Source of the DNA: Camelus ferus
Lineage: Eukaryota
Direction of reading: 5' to 3'
Assembly (NCBI RefSeq): GCF_009834535.1
Contig: NC_045696.1
Location: forward strand, 117,058,001-117,122,000
Length of the DNA: 64,000 nt
How positions within the stretch are numbered: the stretch's first letter is position 1; each line of letters opens with the position of its first letter. The position numbers and the translations under genes were made by a program. This document shows positions 62,546 through 64,000 of the stretch, in pieces. The notes under the pieces were generated by a model. That model did not search any database. It had not been told where the DNA came from and worked only from the letters and a program-made list of their open reading frames with translations.

Positions 62546-63609
62546 CAACTATTTACACCTGTGGACAAGAGGATTACTTACTTATCCACGTTTTAACATG
62601 AATTATTTCTTCCATGCTTTTGACATCAAGGATACATTAGGTGGACGTTTCCAAGCCTCATTGTTCACTGAACAAGTTTCTTGTATCAATATTTGTAAAA
62701 TGTCTGCATTCATCAGCTAAGTGCTGATTTACAAAAATGAGATATTATTCTGGGTGTCCTAAATATTCACAAATGAGTCCTTTTCCCAGTATTGTTCACA
62801 AGAGATGGCAGATGGGACAATGGAATCTGTTTCCTTCGTTGGAAATCTGGGGGGTAGATTAAACACCACCCAGTCCCCCGATTCTAAATGTCTATGCGTC
62901 TGAGATCTCAGCTTCATTAGAAGTGGGGCATGGTACTAGATCCTAAGTGTCGAACAAGGAGAGTTCATTGGATCCCATTGAATTTTCATGGCTGTTGAAA
63001 GAGATGGATGTTACTGCTTCATTTTCCATTAGACAGATGCTGTATGCAGATAATAAAGGGGAAAAGTCTATTTAGGGACCTAATGCACACTTATTCATCA
63101 GTTGTATCTTCCTGCTGACGTCTGAAGATGTGAATTTTCTTCTTTCAACTGGGACTGAGAGGAGTGGCACCGAGTCCAGCTAGACTTCACTGGGTTATGG
63201 ATGGGGAAGTTTATGTTTCCTAGGATGACTGCCAAAAGGAGCCTGAAAGACAAATGCCTGCCTTAAATACTGAGACAGAGATGGATGGACTAAGGGATGA
63301 GCTATAGACAAACAGCAGCAGAACCCCTGGTTGCTGAGAATCTTACTCCTTCTCTAGATTTGACCCATCCCTCTGCTCGGCTGCTACTTCTGTCCACGGA
63401 TTCATTTTTTGTCCCTAAGGAATTGAGAATGCGGGTTGCTTAACATTAAGGCACACAATCACAGGAACTTCTTTGCTTACTTACTCACTCGTTCATTCAT
63501 TTGGTCCTTTTCAGGGCACCTCCTACATTGGGGGAGGCGTTGTGAGAGGGGCTGTAGTGACAAATATCAATGCTCATTTTTACATCGTATCTCCTATATA
63601 TCGCACACT

Positions 63610-63710
63610 GTTCCATATGATATAGAAATCCTCACTCTAACCCTACGATGTTGTATTATTATTATCCCCCTTCTGCAGATAAGGAACGTGAGGCAAAGAG
63701 GTTGAGTCAC
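63610..63710 (-). mobile_element. MIR fragment
   Basis: atcctcactctaaccctacga...tattattattatcccc...cagataaggaacgtgaggcaaagaggttgagt. Confidence 0.7.
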
Positions 63711-64000
63711 TGTGTTAATCATGTTCTTTTTTTTTAATTTTCTGTATCTTATGGTATTTTGACATCTTGAAAATCTTGCTGCCCCTCCTTGGCTAGTTGA
63801 TTCTCAGAGAGAGCAAAGGGCTCAGCCAGGAGCACATCTGTCATATACAAACCAACCTGATCCAAGTCTCTCCTCTCCACTCCCCTATTTCCCTAACTTT
63901 ATACCTCAAGCCCCTCTTTCTGCCCCCTCCCACATCATTCCATGGCAGGTATCAGGCAACCAGAGACTATCCCCATAGCTTGAAAGCTACTGGCATTCTT
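63711..64000 (+). mobile_element. MER74-like LTR (runs off the window)
   Basis: tgtgttaatcatgtt...ttttctgtatctt...tttgacatct...gctgcccctcc...ggctag...catatacaaaccaacc. Confidence 0.7.

Noticed and set aside
1..64000. Novel multi-gene system, CRISPR-like array, viral or NUMT insert
   Set aside because: No long ORFs, regularly spaced repeats or compositionally foreign block seen; the content is explained by mammalian repeats and unique spacers

Overview
Mammalian non-coding DNA, most likely camelid (camel/alpaca/llama). The assignment rests on eight tRNA-Ala-derived SINEs of the vic-1 type. The rest is L1 fragments of several ages, L2, MIR, MaLR/ERVL LTRs (MLT1, MLT2, LTR16/33, MER74-like), hAT DNA transposons (MER5A, MER3/33, MER20, MER53, MER81-like), microsatellites and unique spacers. 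I cannot support any protein-coding gene, RNA gene or CRISPR-like array; the ORFs in the track are chance or repeat-derived. I found no convincing new biological system. The best observations are structural: (1) a ~775 bp micro-inversion (12232-13006) deduced from two L1 elements each broken into opposite orientations; (2) a ~170-195 bp inverted duplication (25757-25930 / 26391-26585); (3) a twin-primed L1 with TSD inside an MLT1 LTR; (4) tail-less internal L1 fragments, one with a fold-back junction; (5) ancient repeats shifted toward GC/CpG at 3.6-4.6 kb and 6.8 kb; (6) convergent CTCF motifs and motif-dense candidate enhancers. Repeat family names come from my recall of consensus sequences, not from a search, and boundaries are approximate.
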